64,000 nucleotides of DNA from a virus (IMGVR_UViG_3300006467_000454:44321-108320); one strand, 5' to 3'; counted from the stretch's first letter, positions 48,241 to 57,841 are shown. The notes: generated by a model not told the origin, from the sequence alone. Made by a program: numbers and translations.

Positions 48241-50790
48241 ATGTTGAATTTTGAAGACGTTTATCAATCAACACTTTCTTACTTTAATGGTGATGAGCTA
48301 AAAGCAAATGTCTGGATGGCAAAGTATTGCCTAAAAGATAGGAAGGGCAATCATCTGGAATTAAACCCAGACCTTATGTTCAGGAGAATAGCAAAAGAAA
48401 TTGCTAGGGCTGAAAAGAAGTATCCTAATCCAATGCTAGAAGGGGAATTGTATGAATTGATGAAAGATTTCGGATATATTATTCCAGGAGGTAGCCCGTT
48501 GGCTGGCATAGGGAATAATACACAAATAACATCTCTTTCAAATTGCTTCGTTATCGAAAGTGCGGAAGATTCCTATGGGGGGATTATGAAGACGGATGAG
48601 GAGCAAGTTCAGTTGATGAAAAGGAGAGGGGGTGTTGGCCACGATATTTCCACTTTACGTCCGGAAGGCTCCCAAGCTAATTTCTCTATTTTAAGGGGAA
48701 ATACAGGGACAATCCTTTATATGGATAGATTCTCTAATTCTACAAGGGAAGTAGCCCAAGATGGCAGAAGAGGGGCGTTGATGCTTTCAATAAGTGTTAA
48801 ACACCCAGATTCAGGGAAGTTTGTTGATGCTAAAATGGAACAAGGTAAGGTGACTGGGGCGAATATCTCTGTGAAGCTTACTGATGATTTCATGAGGGCG
48901 GTTATTGAGGATGATGATTTCATTCAGGTTTTCCCTATTGATACGCCAAATTCAGTAATAGCTTCTGTAAAAATCCCAGAGGAATACGATAAATTAGTGA
49001 ATATCGGTAGTACTGATTCCGGGCATGTGTACATCAAGAAGATTAAAGCTAAAGATTTATTCGAAAAGATCGTAAACAATGCGCATAAATCAGCAGAGCC
49101 AGGAGTTTTGTTCTGGGATAAGATTATAAGGGAATCACCTGCAGATCACTACGGTGAAGACTGGGAAACAAAATCCACAAATCCTTGTGGGGAAATTCCA
49201 CTTTGCCCGTATGATAGTTGCCGTTTATTAGCAATAAATCTGTTTAAATTTGTTGAGAATCCATTCACCCCTCAGGCTTATTTCAATTTTGATAAGTTTC
49301 GTAAGTATGCTCAAAAAGCCCAAAGGATTATGGACAGCATAGTAGATTTGGAAATTGAAAAACTGGAAAGGATACTTGCTAAAGTAATGGGTGACCCAGA
49401 ATCTGATAAGATTAAAAAGACTGAGATTGAATTGTGGATGAAAGTCATTGACAAAGCAGCTCGTGGGAGAAGAACTGGATTAGGAATTACTGCGGAAGGG
49501 GATATGCTTGCGGCATTAGGGATCACCTATGGCACAGTAGAGGCTACTCATTTCTCTGAAGAAGTCCACAGGGTATTGGCTGTTGAAAGCTACAAGGCAT
49601 CAATTGATATGGCTGTAGAACGTGGTGCATTTCCGGAATGGGATTACGAAATGGAATTTGATAACCCATTTGTAATGCGCATTATGTCAGAATTGGATAA
49701 AGAAGGTAGCAAAGAATACATTGAAAAGTACTTGATGAAAGGAAGGAGGAACATCTCCAACTTAACAATTGCCCCAACTGGAACTATAAGTCTGGAAGCA
49801 GGGGTGACATCAGGTATTGAACCTGTATTCTTGCCTGTTTATAAGAGGAGACGTAAAATTGATGACCCAACCAAAGCTGATTTTATTGATGAGGTTGGTG
49901 ATGCTTGGGAGGAGTACAATGTATTCCATGAAAACTTCAAACTTTGGTACGATATAAATTGGGGACATTTTATTCACGATGGTGAAGTTGAAAAGGTAGA
50001 TATTGAATATTTGAATGACGAGCAAATTGAAGAATTGGTATTCCATTCACCATACTATAAAGCAACGTCTAACGATGTTGATTGGGTTGAAAAGGTGAAA
50101 ATGCAGGGTGCTATCCAAAAGTGGGTGGATCATTCAATTAGTGTTACCGTAAATGTACCAAAGGAAGTCCCACCATCGTTAATAAAGGAGATTTATTTAA
50201 AAGCTTGGGAAGTAGGCTGCAAGGGTTGTACTGTATATCGTGATGGTTCTCGGTCAGGAGTTCTAATATCAAAAGGTGATGACTCATTCCCAGATAAGCG
50301 ACCAAAGGTTGTTGATTGTGATATCAATCACACTACTATCCAAGGTGTGAAGTGGGTTGTATTAGTTGGGGTAATAAAAGGTAAGCCGTATGAGGTGTTT
50401 GCTTTTGATTTGCCTGAGGAGGAGGCAAATAATCTTCCGAGAAAATACACCAAGGGTAAGTTGATTAAAAACAAAACAAAAGATTACAATCTAGAAATAG
50501 ATGGTGATGGCACGTTGCATAATTTGACTAGGGAATTCTCTAATCCAACGGAAGGGGCGTTGACTAGGATGATTAGTATGTGTATGAAGAAATATCCAAT
50601 TGAGGATGTTTATTTACAACTCCAAAAAGAGGGGAATGTGAGTGATTTCCACAAAGCGATAGCCCGTGTTTTTAAACGGTATCTAAAGGATAAAGATATT
50701 GGTGTAGAATGTCCGGAATGCTCTTCTACATTAAGAATTGAAGAAGGGTGTATTATCTGTCCAAACTGCGGATACTCAAAATGTGGTTGA
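48241..50790 (+). CDS. nrdJ: Class II (adenosylcobalamin-dependent) ribonucleotide reductase
   Basis: SLSNCFV, RRGALM, TNPCGEIPL, TIAPTGT, TSGIEP, GCKGCTVYRDGSR, C-terminal CPEC/CPNCGYSKC; no beta subunit nearby. Confidence 0.9.
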   Translation: MLNFEDVYQSTLSYFNGDELKANVWMAKYCLKDRKGNHLELNPDLMFRRIAKEIARAEKKYPNPMLEGELYELMKDFGYIIPGGSPLAGIGNNTQITSLSNCFVIESAEDSYGGIMKTDEEQVQLMKRRGGVGHDISTLRPEGSQANFSILRGNTGTILYMDRFSNSTREVAQDGRRGALMLSISVKHPDSGKFVDAKMEQGKVTGANISVKLTDDFMRAVIEDDDFIQVFPIDTPNSVIASVKIPEEYDKLVNIGSTDSGHVYIKKIKAKDLFEKIVNNAHKSAEPGVLFWDKIIRESPADHYGEDWETKSTNPCGEIPLCPYDSCRLLAINLFKFVENPFTPQAYFNFDKFRKYAQKAQRIMDSIVDLEIEKLERILAKVMGDPESDKIKKTEIELWMKVIDKAARGRRTGLGITAEGDMLAALGITYGTVEATHFSEEVHRVLAVESYKASIDMAVERGAFPEWDYEMEFDNPFVMRIMSELDKEGSKEYIEKYLMKGRRNISNLTIAPTGTISLEAGVTSGIEPVFLPVYKRRRKIDDPTKADFIDEVGDAWEEYNVFHENFKLWYDINWGHFIHDGEVEKVDIEYLNDEQIEELVFHSPYYKATSNDVDWVEKVKMQGAIQKWVDHSISVTVNVPKEVPPSLIKEIYLKAWEVGCKGCTVYRDGSRSGVLISKGDDSFPDKRPKVVDCDINHTTIQGVKWVVLVGVIKGKPYEVFAFDLPEEEANNLPRKYTKGKLIKNKTKDYNLEIDGDGTLHNLTREFSNPTEGALTRMISMCMKKYPIEDVYLQLQKEGNVSDFHKAIARVFKRYLKDKDIGVECPECSSTLRIEEGCIICPNCGYSKCG

Positions 50791-50796
50791 TTTGTA

Positions 50797-50828
50797 AAGG
50801 GCTATCTTAGTTGGTAGCCCTTTATTTA
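50797..50828 (+). terminator. Intrinsic terminator after nrdJ
   Basis: AAAGGGCTATC-loop-GGTAGCCCTTT followed by ATTT. Confidence 0.7.
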
Positions 50829-50911
50829 TATACATTTTAAATTAATAGAAAATTATTATAGGTTGCTGTTTTTTAGTTATTTTACTAAATCTTAAGGTTG
50901 AATTAAAATCA

Positions 50912-51109
50912 ATGATCATGAGAAAAGAGTGGAAATATTGGATACCATTATCAGGTGCTTTGTTGTTATTCTGGGATGGGTTGACGGTAAAAGAAGGGTT
51001 GGATGAATGGTTCCGCAAACATTCTAAGAAGTATGTATTTTTCTGTGCATTTTATCAAGCGATAAGTTGCGGATGTACAGCTAATTTAATAGGAAATTTG
51101 GTGACATGA
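50912..51109 (+). CDS. Small membrane-associated hypothetical protein
   Basis: Two hydrophobic segments. Confidence 0.45.
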   Translation: MIMRKEWKYWIPLSGALLLFWDGLTVKEGLDEWFRKHSKKYVFFCAFYQAISCGCTANLIGNLVT

Positions 51110-51345
51110 AAAAAGAAGGTGATAAGGTAGTTATAAGGGACGAGGAGTGGTTTAAAGGCCAAAAGAAGACAATGGGTGGCGTTGTAGAAATTGACCCCTA
51201 TACTGTCATGACAAAGAAAATGCAGCCATTTATGGGGATGGAAGCTACAATTGTAGAGGTAAACCCTATTGATGGTAAAACAGTCCATTATAAGCTAGAT
51301 GTAGACCAAGGGAATTGGAATTGGTCAGAAGGGATGTTTGTTTAA
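51106..51345 (+). CDS. Small SH3-like hypothetical protein
   Basis: K.GDKV.I ... G..ATI..V ... Y.LD.D...W.W.E.MF. Confidence 0.55.
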   Translation: MKKEGDKVVIRDEEWFKGQKKTMGGVVEIDPYTVMTKKMQPFMGMEATIVEVNPIDGKTVHYKLDVDQGNWNWSEGMFV

Positions 51346-51372
51346 AAGCAGATTAATTTATAACCGTAAAGA

Positions 51373-51549
51373 ATGAGCGAAATTAAAATTGGAATATTCA
51401 CTATCAAGCAAATTTTGGAAGTTGATGAGGATGGTGAAACTGAATCTACTATAATTGTAGAAAAAGAAATCGGTGGAGTTATAGTGAGTAGGGAAGTAGA
51501 GCCATATGAATTTTTACCCTTACTTTCTGGAATGATGGAGGGAATGTGA
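51373..51549 (+). CDS. Small hypothetical protein (58 aa, not in ORF track)
   Basis: ATG 51373 to TGA 51549 fills the gap; MSEIKIGIFTIKQ... Confidence 0.5.
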   Translation: MSEIKIGIFTIKQILEVDEDGETESTIIVEKEIGGVIVSREVEPYEFLPLLSGMMEGM

Positions 51550-51550
51550 T

Positions 51551-51721
51551 ATGCCTGAATTTAACATTAATGATAAAGTTATAGTTGTTGATACTCTTGA
51601 AGAAGGGTTTATCACGGATATAACTAGGTGTAGATTAACCAAGAAAATATCATATTGGGTACTCCTTCACCACAAAATGGAAAGTGATAAGTTTAAAGAA
51701 AGTGAAATCGAAAAAGCATAA
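51551..51721 (+). CDS. Small hypothetical protein (56 aa, not in ORF track)
   Basis: MPEFNINDKVIV...; starts 1 nt after the previous stop. Confidence 0.5.
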   Translation: MPEFNINDKVIVVDTLEEGFITDITRCRLTKKISYWVLLHHKMESDKFKESEIEKA

Positions 51722-51822
51722 ATTATGTCGGATTATTACGAAGCAGAAATAGAACCTCTATTTGGGACAGAAGAAGAATATGATGAAAATCCTTATGGTG
51801 AAGAACTTTAAATCGGAAAATT

Positions 51823-52344
51823 ATGGAATCTAAATTTTATCTAGTTAGTTGTAAGGACAAAGAAGGTGGTGTTGAACAGATAATTGAAACATCTGAACGC
51901 CCCCAACATTATGATGGGACTGAATTCTATTTCTCAATTTCCCCTGCTTATGAATCAGTGGAAGAGTTGAGGGAGAAATGCCATATCCATGATAAAAAAT
52001 GTAAAGAATGTGGTGGGTTAATAAAACTGCGTTGGGTAGACCCATTGCCGAAGCAATTAAAGGAAGAGTGTCTATGCCATAGTTGCCATATTTGGTCTTC
52101 AAGAATCCCATTATATAAGGGCAAAGATGTTGTGGTTGTAGAAGGAATGTATTACACTATAAGTAAAAATATCGGTAATCCTAATCGTGTTAATACAATG
52201 TTTGCAGGGCATGGCGGTAGATTGTTCAAGATAAAAAGATTCGGGTCGGAAGAAATAATTGAATGTAATAATCTTTGGTGTGGGGGAGATGTTCCTGAAA
52301 TATTTAAGGACAGATTAAAAGATAATGCTGAGTTTGTGAAATAA
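51823..52344 (+). CDS. Hypothetical protein with Cys motifs
   Basis: CKEC, CHSC, GHGGR.F.I, NNLWCGG.VP. Confidence 0.6.
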   Translation: MESKFYLVSCKDKEGGVEQIIETSERPQHYDGTEFYFSISPAYESVEELREKCHIHDKKCKECGGLIKLRWVDPLPKQLKEECLCHSCHIWSSRIPLYKGKDVVVVEGMYYTISKNIGNPNRVNTMFAGHGGRLFKIKRFGSEEIIECNNLWCGGDVPEIFKDRLKDNAEFVK

Positions 52345-52350
52345 AAAGCT

Positions 52351-52923
52351 ATGGAACAAGAACAATTAAGAAACGAAAAAGAGGAATTAAAGGTAAATCA
52401 ATCTTTAATGTTTAGGGCTAAGAAGTTGATGGATGAATTAGGTCCGGAACAATGCCATAGGCTAGTAGAATATCTTCAGAAAGAAATACAGGAAGATACA
52501 AGGCCAGTAATGATATTCCCACCAACTGATATAGCAGATGCAACGATTTATGGTATGGATATGATGGGGGCTGGTGTGCAAATAAGGGGCACCCATTTAC
52601 CTGTTATTGGTGTAGGTACTTATCAAGATGATAAATTATCAAGTGGGTATCTAGATAAATTAAAGGCAGCGGATAACTTCACAAGTGAATTCCTTTTATC
52701 ACCACAGCAGATTAATCCAGACCCAATAGATGTTATCAACATTTATCTAGAGAAAGAAGGCAAGGAGAGAAAAGATCTAATAGGTATAATTGGTGATAAA
52801 ACATTAGTATCAAGAATAATGAACAGGAAGAGAAAGCTAACACCAAAAATGATCCGGAATGTTAGCAGATACTTATCTATTCCTGTTGATAAATTGATAA
52901 AGGATTACAAATTGGGGGAATAA
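52351..52923 (+). CDS. Protein with C-terminal HigA-like XRE HTH domain
   Basis: PDPIDVI...LE..G..RKDL..IIG.K..VS.I.NRKRKLT..MIR.....L.IP...LI..Y. Confidence 0.75.
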   Translation: MEQEQLRNEKEELKVNQSLMFRAKKLMDELGPEQCHRLVEYLQKEIQEDTRPVMIFPPTDIADATIYGMDMMGAGVQIRGTHLPVIGVGTYQDDKLSSGYLDKLKAADNFTSEFLLSPQQINPDPIDVINIYLEKEGKERKDLIGIIGDKTLVSRIMNRKRKLTPKMIRNVSRYLSIPVDKLIKDYKLGE

Positions 52924-52965
52924 GTCATAGGAGGATATAAATCCATGTCATAGATAATAAAGAGG

Positions 52966-54129
52966 ATGAAAAAGAAAGCGATAAAGAAATTATTAAAGCG
53001 TAATAGGGAAGAGTTCCCAAAGCATATACAAAGTGCCAGTGCTAAGGTACAGGCAGAGTGGAGTATATGGAACGAGATGGGTAAATTAAATAAGAATCAT
53101 CCGGATAAGATTTATCAATTTGATGGTGGTGATAAAGTGGTTAGTGTTGATTGTGGAGGTGTATGGGGTAAGATAAGGGATAAGATTCTTAAGAATGGCG
53201 GGAAGCAGGAGGATGTTGATGAATGTAGAAGGCGGTTTGATCTACTGAAGAAAATGCACGCTGAAAAGATGAAACAGTATCGTATCTGGAGTAAACTGTT
53301 GAAGACTGAGAAGGGGATGAAACCCACAGCGGATATTTTGGAGATAGAGAAAGAGCGGATAATTGATCTATTCGGACAGTACTATACCCAAGGAGAAGTT
53401 TACAAGATCATGACTCAAGAGTGGATGGTATCAACGTCTCTAGTAAGGCTAGCAGAATTCCAGAGAAAGTATCAACTATTAATAGATAAAAAGAAAACGG
53501 AGTTCGTCCGGAAGAATAAAGATTTTAGATTAGCAACGGATACGGGGCGTCTTGAAGATTTATCCGGACTATTGTTCCACTGGAAGAATGCATTTAAAGG
53601 AAGGCAATCAATTGAAGTATCAAGAGAGATCCGTGCGATAATAGAACAAGCTCGTAAGGAAGTGAAGGGTGAGGAGATAAAACTTACAGTAGATGGTAAG
53701 ATTGATATTGAAGCCACACAGAACGCAAATATGACAATGGATCAAGTGTTCTCACATTTACCTATCAACTTGATGATTATCGGGATGGTATCTGCTAGGG
53801 CTAATATATCACCATTGGAGATAATGGCAAGTTTATCAAATAGCTATTATTCTAAGTTCAACGGATTCTCTAAACTGGAACTTGAAGAAGATATCCCAAG
53901 TATGCAAAGGTACGTGGAGAGATACAATCTAGAATCAATGAAATCAATAGCAGATAGCCAACCAAAGCCTATCACGATGGGTCAATTTGAAGATTCCGGA
54001 ACAAGCCCAACCATTCAAGAACAAGCGAAGTTATCAAGACAAGCAGTACTTGATAAAATAGCGGATCTCAAGAGCAACAGGAAAACAGTTGAAGATGTTG
54101 ATTGGGAAGAAGCAAGTGATGATGAATAA
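52966..54129 (+). CDS. Hypothetical protein, candidate terminase small subunit (DUF2280-like core)
   Basis: F.....D..LA....RL..L ... IIEQARKEV.G resembles the DUF2280 pattern; acidic DVDWEE tail. Confidence 0.45.
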   Translation: MKKKAIKKLLKRNREEFPKHIQSASAKVQAEWSIWNEMGKLNKNHPDKIYQFDGGDKVVSVDCGGVWGKIRDKILKNGGKQEDVDECRRRFDLLKKMHAEKMKQYRIWSKLLKTEKGMKPTADILEIEKERIIDLFGQYYTQGEVYKIMTQEWMVSTSLVRLAEFQRKYQLLIDKKKTEFVRKNKDFRLATDTGRLEDLSGLLFHWKNAFKGRQSIEVSREIRAIIEQARKEVKGEEIKLTVDGKIDIEATQNANMTMDQVFSHLPINLMIIGMVSARANISPLEIMASLSNSYYSKFNGFSKLELEEDIPSMQRYVERYNLESMKSIADSQPKPITMGQFEDSGTSPTIQEQAKLSRQAVLDKIADLKSNRKTVEDVDWEEASDDE

Positions 54130-54240
54130 AAACAATAATAGATATGGGAAACAAACAGAAAGTAAAGCGAATTAGATATTGCGTTGGGGTAGACGTTTTA
54201 AACTTCCCCATTTATGAATACCACTTTATTTATTATTAAT

Positions 54241-54693
54241 ATGAAGAAAGTATTACAGACAATTGCAGGGGGCATTACTTCCGAGGAAAGGGGTAACTGT
54301 ATGCAAGCAGTAGTTGCTTCCTTATTTGAGCTTGAGTTAAACGAGGTCCCAAACTTTATTGAATTGGGTGAGGAATGGTTCATGGAAATGTGGGATTTCT
54401 ATAGAGAAAGGGGCTATGGTTTAATGTGCTTTGATCCTAAAGGTGATATTGAACTAACCAAGAAAGTCCTGGCTCACGATGGTGGGGTAAACGGGTATTG
54501 GGATGCCTCAGTAAAGTCACAAACATTTGATGATGGTTCAACTCATGCGGTGGTAATTGATAAAGATATGAACATCGTTCATGATCCTAACCCAAATCAA
54601 CGGGCGTTGAAATTAAAGCCTGAGGATATATTGATGGTTTACACGGTAAAAGATGATTGGCACATTTTTAAAGGTGAGTTGATAATTGAGTAA
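54241..54693 (+). CDS. Hypothetical protein with possible Cys-His-Asp triad
   Basis: GNCMQA.VASL, THAVV, VHDP.P. Confidence 0.55.
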   Translation: MKKVLQTIAGGITSEERGNCMQAVVASLFELELNEVPNFIELGEEWFMEMWDFYRERGYGLMCFDPKGDIELTKKVLAHDGGVNGYWDASVKSQTFDDGSTHAVVIDKDMNIVHDPNPNQRALKLKPEDILMVYTVKDDWHIFKGELIIE

Positions 54694-54696
54694 TCT

Positions 54697-54759
54697 TGTT
54701 TATAATGAGTTCAAATAGGAGTGGTAATTTTGCCATTTAAGTAAATATTGGTAAATTTG
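54697..54759 (+). promoter_or_regulatory. Degenerate palindrome plus promoter upstream of the candidate ncRNA
   Basis: TGTTTA-N9-CAAATA at 54697-54717; TTTG 54729-54732, N19, TAAATTTG 54752-54759. Confidence 0.65.
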
Positions 54760-54772
54760 CTACAATATTTAA

Positions 54773-54993
54773 TGGTGAATATAACAATGCGATAATACCA
54801 GACAGCCCGAGGCTATATAGTTAACGGGATATAACAAGTGAGGAGAAACACAAACAATAGATTGACTGGTTGGAATAAGCCAACTGTTAGGCAAAAGATA
54901 CAGGATCAATCTAGGGGTTAAAAGCCGATGGGGGTATTATTTAAGGGTCAGGACGAAGTACAGTACCCCAAGGATCGTTTGTTATATTTGCCA
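54773..54993 (+). ncRNA. Candidate structured non-coding RNA (about 220 nt)
   Basis: 15-bp closing stem 54773-54787/54979-54993; nested stems 54792-54799/54933-54940, 54858-54865/54906-54913 and 54869-54873/54880-54884; no ORF of 60 aa or more; own promoter. Confidence 0.5.
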
Positions 54994-55063
54994 TTTTATC
55001 TATAATGATTATAAATAAGAGGTAACTCTTTGCAGATTAAATAAGAACTGATAAGTTTACTGT

Positions 55064-55273
55064 ATGAAATTCAAGAAGTATAGATTACTGAGTTATAAAA
55101 TAGAAGGTGGGTTCTTTGCTTTAAATGCAACGGGGCACAACTACATACTCACGGTTGAGCAATGGACATTTTGGGGACTCATCAAGCGAATAGTAAAAGT
55201 CAAGGAGGAATTGCCGTTTGGAATGAGTACTTCCTTTTGGGACAAGCAATTAAATGTATGGCAATATAAATAA
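55064..55273 (+). CDS. Hypothetical protein
   Basis: Follows the palindrome/promoter at 54997-55059. Confidence 0.5.
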   Translation: MKFKKYRLLSYKIEGGFFALNATGHNYILTVEQWTFWGLIKRIVKVKEELPFGMSTSFWDKQLNVWQYK

Positions 55274-55279
55274 AAAGCT

Positions 55280-55627
55280 ATGGGAATCAAAATGAAAAGC
55301 TCAGGGGACATATTAGATATGTTCCTCTTAGAAAAGTTCCAAAAGGAACTGGAAGAAGGTAACGTGGTAGCAAGTGACCAAGTACAATATTACACTAGTG
55401 ATTCAGCATTATTTGAACAATTGTATCACAAATGGCTCGTAAAGAAGGGGTATGCCGTTAAAGAAAAGGGGGTTCCGGAAAAGGAAACGATTGAAACGGA
55501 TGATGTGATTTATGCGTGGTTCATGAAGAAATACGATGTACCAAGTGATCGTATGGGTGTTGTTGAACACGAAGGGCATGATGTTATTAGATTTATAAAA
55601 TCATATCTAGAAGATAGGTCAATTTAA
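55280..55627 (+). CDS. Hypothetical protein
   Basis: Compact ORF; hairpin downstream at about 55665-55709. Confidence 0.5.
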   Translation: MGIKMKSSGDILDMFLLEKFQKELEEGNVVASDQVQYYTSDSALFEQLYHKWLVKKGYAVKEKGVPEKETIETDDVIYAWFMKKYDVPSDRMGVVEHEGHDVIRFIKSYLEDRSI

Positions 55628-55707
55628 ATAAGGAATAAAAGTGAGCGATAATTTGCCATTGCTGTAAGGGTTGAGGAGTTAGTTTTGGAGGACGACTTCT
55701 TGACCCT

Positions 55708-55791
55708 TATCTTTACACGTTATAAATAGTAGATAAATTTAAAAATAAATCTATTTTTATTTTGTTGATAAAATTAAACGCATTACATTTG
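55708..55791 (+). promoter_or_regulatory. Palindrome plus promoter
   Basis: TATCTT-N9-TAAATA at 55708-55728; TTTG 55761-55764, N19, TACATTTG 55784-55791. Confidence 0.72.
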
Positions 55792-55821
55792 TAGTAGATT
55801 AATAACTCAAAAAGCAATAAG

Positions 55822-56256
55822 ATGAAAACTCAAAAATTACAATTCAGCGATATCAAAAAAGGTGATAAAGTAAGAGATAACTTTAATGAAGGCGTTGTCG
55901 TTTGGGTAAACGAAGGTGATATGGGTGTTAAGTGTAGCGATGGCGAGATTTGGGAAATGACTTCTCTAAAGAATATTTCTTTAGTTGATCAGTTCAAGGC
56001 AAATGATTACGTTGGTGTAGCAATGGATCGTAGTAATAAGGAAGACTTCAAAGCTATGTTAGTTAAGCGTCGCACAGACCTTGAGGAAGCTTGGGCTCAA
56101 CCAAACGTTGACGTAGAAGTTTGGGAGGCATTAGAAACCACCAATGGGGCACCAAACCGTATCGTGGTAAGCCGTAACTTTGAAGGGCAAACCCGTATCA
56201 ATGCTGATTTCAGTGTAGAAATAGATTGGGATGAAAACTTTTTTGAAACTAAATAA
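55822..56256 (+). CDS. Hypothetical early protein
   Basis: First gene after the promoter; SH3-like N-terminus. Confidence 0.55.
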   Translation: MKTQKLQFSDIKKGDKVRDNFNEGVVVWVNEGDMGVKCSDGEIWEMTSLKNISLVDQFKANDYVGVAMDRSNKEDFKAMLVKRRTDLEEAWAQPNVDVEVWEALETTNGAPNRIVVSRNFEGQTRINADFSVEIDWDENFFETK

Positions 56257-56264
56257 TAATTGTC

Positions 56265-56498
56265 ATGAATAATAATCGTAGGAAAGCAATCAGGGAAGTT
56301 ATTGATAATATCAATGGACAACTAGAAATCCTCCAAGGATTACAAGAAGAAGAACAAGAATTCTTTGATAATATGCCTGAAAATCTTCAGGGATCAGAAA
56401 GGGGTGAAGCTGCTGAGATGTGTGCGGATGCTATTCAGGACGTAATCAGTGAAGTGGAAACCCAAATGGAAACTTTAAATGAATCTCTAGATCAATAA
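56265..56498 (+). CDS. Small acidic helical phage protein
   Basis: MN..RRK.I ... EEQE.FDNMPENLQ.SERGE pattern. Confidence 0.6.
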   Translation: MNNNRRKAIREVIDNINGQLEILQGLQEEEQEFFDNMPENLQGSERGEAAEMCADAIQDVISEVETQMETLNESLDQ

Positions 56499-56559
56499 TC
56501 TATAATCATTTTAAATAGCGGATAATCCTTTGTAGATAAAATTATCCGTTTTATATTTG
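56497..56559 (+). promoter_or_regulatory. Palindrome plus promoter
   Basis: AATCTA-N9-TAAATA at 56497-56517; TTTG 56529-56532, N19, TATATTTG 56552-56559. Confidence 0.72.
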
Positions 56560-56582
56560 AACCAAATAAAAAGCCAAATAAG

Positions 56583-57233
56583 ATGAAAGAAGGAGAAACC
56601 AAAAAGCATGAAAGCTATGGGATGATTTCCATAGGCAAATTCAATAGCAATGGGACTGAGTTCTTCGGTTCCGATATACTACAATCAGGTGGTATCACTA
56701 TCCAGATATCAAAGGCAAGCGTAAAAAGAGATTTACATAGGGAATGGTACCATGCGGAAGAAGATATAATTGAGATTCAAATGTCTGCTAACCAATATGT
56801 AGATGCTATCACTAGCGGAATGAATACTTCCGGAGTTCCTTGTACCATAAAAGCAATCAACGGTAAATACACCGAGAAAATACCTTATATCATTGATAAA
56901 AAGGAGCAGTTTTCAGGTGAGATGGCTAATACTCAAAACAAGTACCTAAAGCGTATTGACGATATCATGGAAATGTTACTGGAAGGGAATGTTGGTAAAA
57001 GGAAAAAAGAGGAGATTTGCCAGGAATTAAAAGTTTTACGTAACCATTTAAAGGCAAATACTAATTTCGTTCTTAAAAGCTTCAACGAAGCCATGGAGGA
57101 GTCAGTATTGGAAGCCAAGCAAAGTATCGGCAATTATATTGACCATAAAGTGCATACTTTGGGGATTGAGGGCTTACGTGAACAATTGAAAGTATCATTA
57201 GAAAGTAATCAAGATAAAGAATTGGAGGAATAA
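56583..57233 (+). CDS. Hypothetical phage protein
   Basis: H.SYG.I, FGS.I, IEI.MS..Q....I...N..GVPCTI. Confidence 0.6.
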   Translation: MKEGETKKHESYGMISIGKFNSNGTEFFGSDILQSGGITIQISKASVKRDLHREWYHAEEDIIEIQMSANQYVDAITSGMNTSGVPCTIKAINGKYTEKIPYIIDKKEQFSGEMANTQNKYLKRIDDIMEMLLEGNVGKRKKEEICQELKVLRNHLKANTNFVLKSFNEAMEESVLEAKQSIGNYIDHKVHTLGIEGLREQLKVSLESNQDKELEE

Positions 57234-57235
57234 TC

Positions 57236-57508
57236 ATGGCAGTAAAGTTCAACACAACCAAGGGAGAAGACCTTTTGATAGATGAAATATTAAATAGGTT
57301 TGGAATTAGTAAAGATAGGAAGCTATCAGCGTTTATGGATTTATCCGCATGCCATTGCAACGGATGCCCTTTAGATTTCAAGAAATTACTTGAATCAAGT
57401 GATGGGGATTTATTTCATGATGTGCATGGGATTTCCCTTCACATTAATCGGGATACGGGTGAATTAGAAGATGAGTTTTTACCAAGGTGTGCTAAAAAGG
57501 AGGGGTAA
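57236..57508 (+). CDS. Small phage protein (DUF6874-like)
   Basis: MDL.ACH.NGCPLD...LL...D....HDV.GI..HINR.TG.L...FLPR. Confidence 0.55.
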   Translation: MAVKFNTTKGEDLLIDEILNRFGISKDRKLSAFMDLSACHCNGCPLDFKKLLESSDGDLFHDVHGISLHINRDTGELEDEFLPRCAKKEG

Positions 57509-57510
57509 TC

Positions 57511-57699
57511 ATGAAGAAACGTAAGGCAACGGATGAAGATCTTTCAATGTTGAGGTATTTCTGGGAAGAAAAGGGGGACATTGAATGCTATTGTGATTTT
57601 GGAGAAATCAAAGAAGATCTTAAGAAGAACCACCCTCATATCTGGAAAGCGTGGAAGAAACATAAAGAATCAATTAAGGTATTAAATAAAATATTGTAA
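57511..57699 (+). CDS. Hypothetical protein
   Basis: Tight packing with upstream gene. Confidence 0.45.
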   Translation: MKKRKATDEDLSMLRYFWEEKGDIECYCDFGEIKEDLKKNHPHIWKAWKKHKESIKVLNKIL

Positions 57700-57757
57700 T
57701 CATGAAATTAACGTTGATTAATTTGATAATTAACCTACTTGCTATAATAAGGGCACT

Positions 57758-57841
57758 TATCTAAATTGAATATAAATAGTAGATCTAAGTAAAATTAGAT
57801 CTATTTTTATTTTGTAGATAAAAATATCCGGAGTATATTTG
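57758..57841 (+). promoter_or_regulatory. Palindrome, hairpin and promoter
   Basis: TATCTA-N9-TAAATA at 57758-57778; AGATCTAA/TTAGATCT; TTTG 57811-57814, N19, TATATTTG 57834-57841. Confidence 0.75.

Noticed and set aside
11477-50790. Inteins in TerL, helicase, DnaE, RecA or RNR
   Set aside because: Lengths are normal and there are no splice-junction or LAGLIDADG motifs
55601-55632. Another copy of the 21-bp palindrome
   Set aside because: The right arm is present, but the left arm does not match at the 9-bp spacing
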